Source: Gemmatimonadota bacterium (GTDB taxonomy: Bacteria; Gemmatimonadota; Gemmatimonadetes; Gemmatimonadales; GWC2-71-9). Taken from it: a stretch of DNA of 35,416 nucleotides. Position 1 is the stretch's first letter. The number at the start of each line of letters is the position of its first letter. The DNA is taken from positions 1 through 35,416 of the forward strand of contig JBDTQP010000002.1 of assembly GCA_039932125.1 (NCBI GenBank), given 5' to 3'. The position numbers and the translations under genes are program-made. Of this stretch, positions 34,898-35,416 are shown piece after piece. A model generated the notes under the pieces. The model did not search any database. It saw only the letters and a list, made by a program, of their open reading frames with translations, and was not told the origin of the DNA.

Positions 34898-35416
34898 ATG
34901 AAAATGCTGGCCGAGCAACCTCTTGTCGCAGATGATCAGACGGTGAACGCGTCATCCAGCCGCGCTCCGTCTGGAGTATTCCGGGGCAACCGGCTCTTTC
35001 AACTTGGTGCAGTGCTGGTGACGCTGGTTGTTCTCGCCGCCCTTTTCGCCCCGCTGATCAGCCCGCATGATCCGCTAATCGGCAATTTGAAGGACGCATA
35101 TCTCAAGCCGCCGGGCACTCGTTTTCTCCTGGGAACGGATACCCAGGGACGGGACGTGTTGAGCCGCGTGCTATATGGTGCACGCATCTCGCTGGCGGTG
35201 GGGCTGATATCGCAATTTGTGGCGGTCTCGCTAGGGGTGACCCTGGGTTTGCTCTCCGGCTACTATGGCCGGTGGGTCGATGCGGTCATCATGCGCCTGG
35301 CCGATGTCACGCTTGCATTCCCCACGCTGCTCCTGCTCATTGCTGTGGCTGCCGCGGTGCAGCCCTCCCTGCCTGTGGTCTTTCTCATCATTGGCGCGGT
35401 CGGGTGGGCTGGCATG
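34898..35416 (+). CDS. ABC peptide/nickel transporter permease (DppC/OppC family), 5' partial
   Basis: Open frame from ATG 34898 to the window end (173 codons), absent from the track because it has no stop. FAPLISPHDP, LGTDTQGRDVLSRVLYGARISL and the start of the EAA-type permease core are typical DppC/OppC. Confidence 0.85.
   Translation, partial: MKMLAEQPLVADDQTVNASSSRAPSGVFRGNRLFQLGAVLVTLVVLAALFAPLISPHDPLIGNLKDAYLKPPGTRFLLGTDTQGRDVLSRVLYGARISLAVGLISQFVAVSLGVTLGLLSGYYGRWVDAVIMRLADVTLAFPTLLLLIAVAAAVQPSLPVVFLIIGAVGWAGM

Overview
High-GC bacterial chromosomal fragment (G+C judged by eye, not computed). I found no rRNA, tRNA, CRISPR array, transposase or integrase. The phylum cannot be fixed from sequence alone; a PorX-type REC-PglZ regulator plus high GC hints at a Gemmatimonadota-like or FCB-related lineage (weak inference). 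The window has two parts. (1) 251-16475 holds 22 co-directional minus-strand genes, mostly housekeeping: yebC-ruvC-ruvA-[Zn-ribbon]-ruvB-queA-[SatD-like]-[DUF3307-like]-tgt-yajC-def-fmt-thiE-thiS-[lipoprotein]-thiG-rsmB-[PASTA]-rpe-[TlpA-like]-tsaD-lgt. Twelve of its junctions have overlapping stop/start codons (ATGA, GTGA, TTGA). (2) 16.6-35.4 kb is an envelope and glycan region. It contains a lipoprotein gene, a stand-alone DnaB C-terminal-domain ATPase, and a coupled GT9 / unknown 141-aa / CPBP protease operon. It also contains a divergent PorX-like REC-PglZ response regulator, an MsbA-like exporter and a CgeB-like protein. A six-gene coupled operon follows (GT2-like, methyltransferase, GT-C, GT2, GT4, GT9), with further GT4 genes, a patatin-ferredoxin fusion and the 5' part of a dppC/oppC-type permease. 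Candidates for new biology, best first: the SatD-like (cyclase-palm-like + HTH) / DUF3307-like pair inserted into queA-tgt-yajC with its own repeat-bearing AT-rich promoter; the patatin-ferredoxin fusion; the PorX-like regulator embedded in an LPS-core-like glycan locus; the N-domain-less DnaB paralogue; the GT9-unknown-CPBP operon; a kinase-less PASTA protein in the PrkC synteny slot; a Zn-ribbon microprotein inside ruvA-ruvB; and an 11-nt motif 9 nt upstream of the ATG of two glycosyltransferase genes, suggesting leaderless or co-regulated transcripts. All family calls come from motifs read in the translations. No database search was run.
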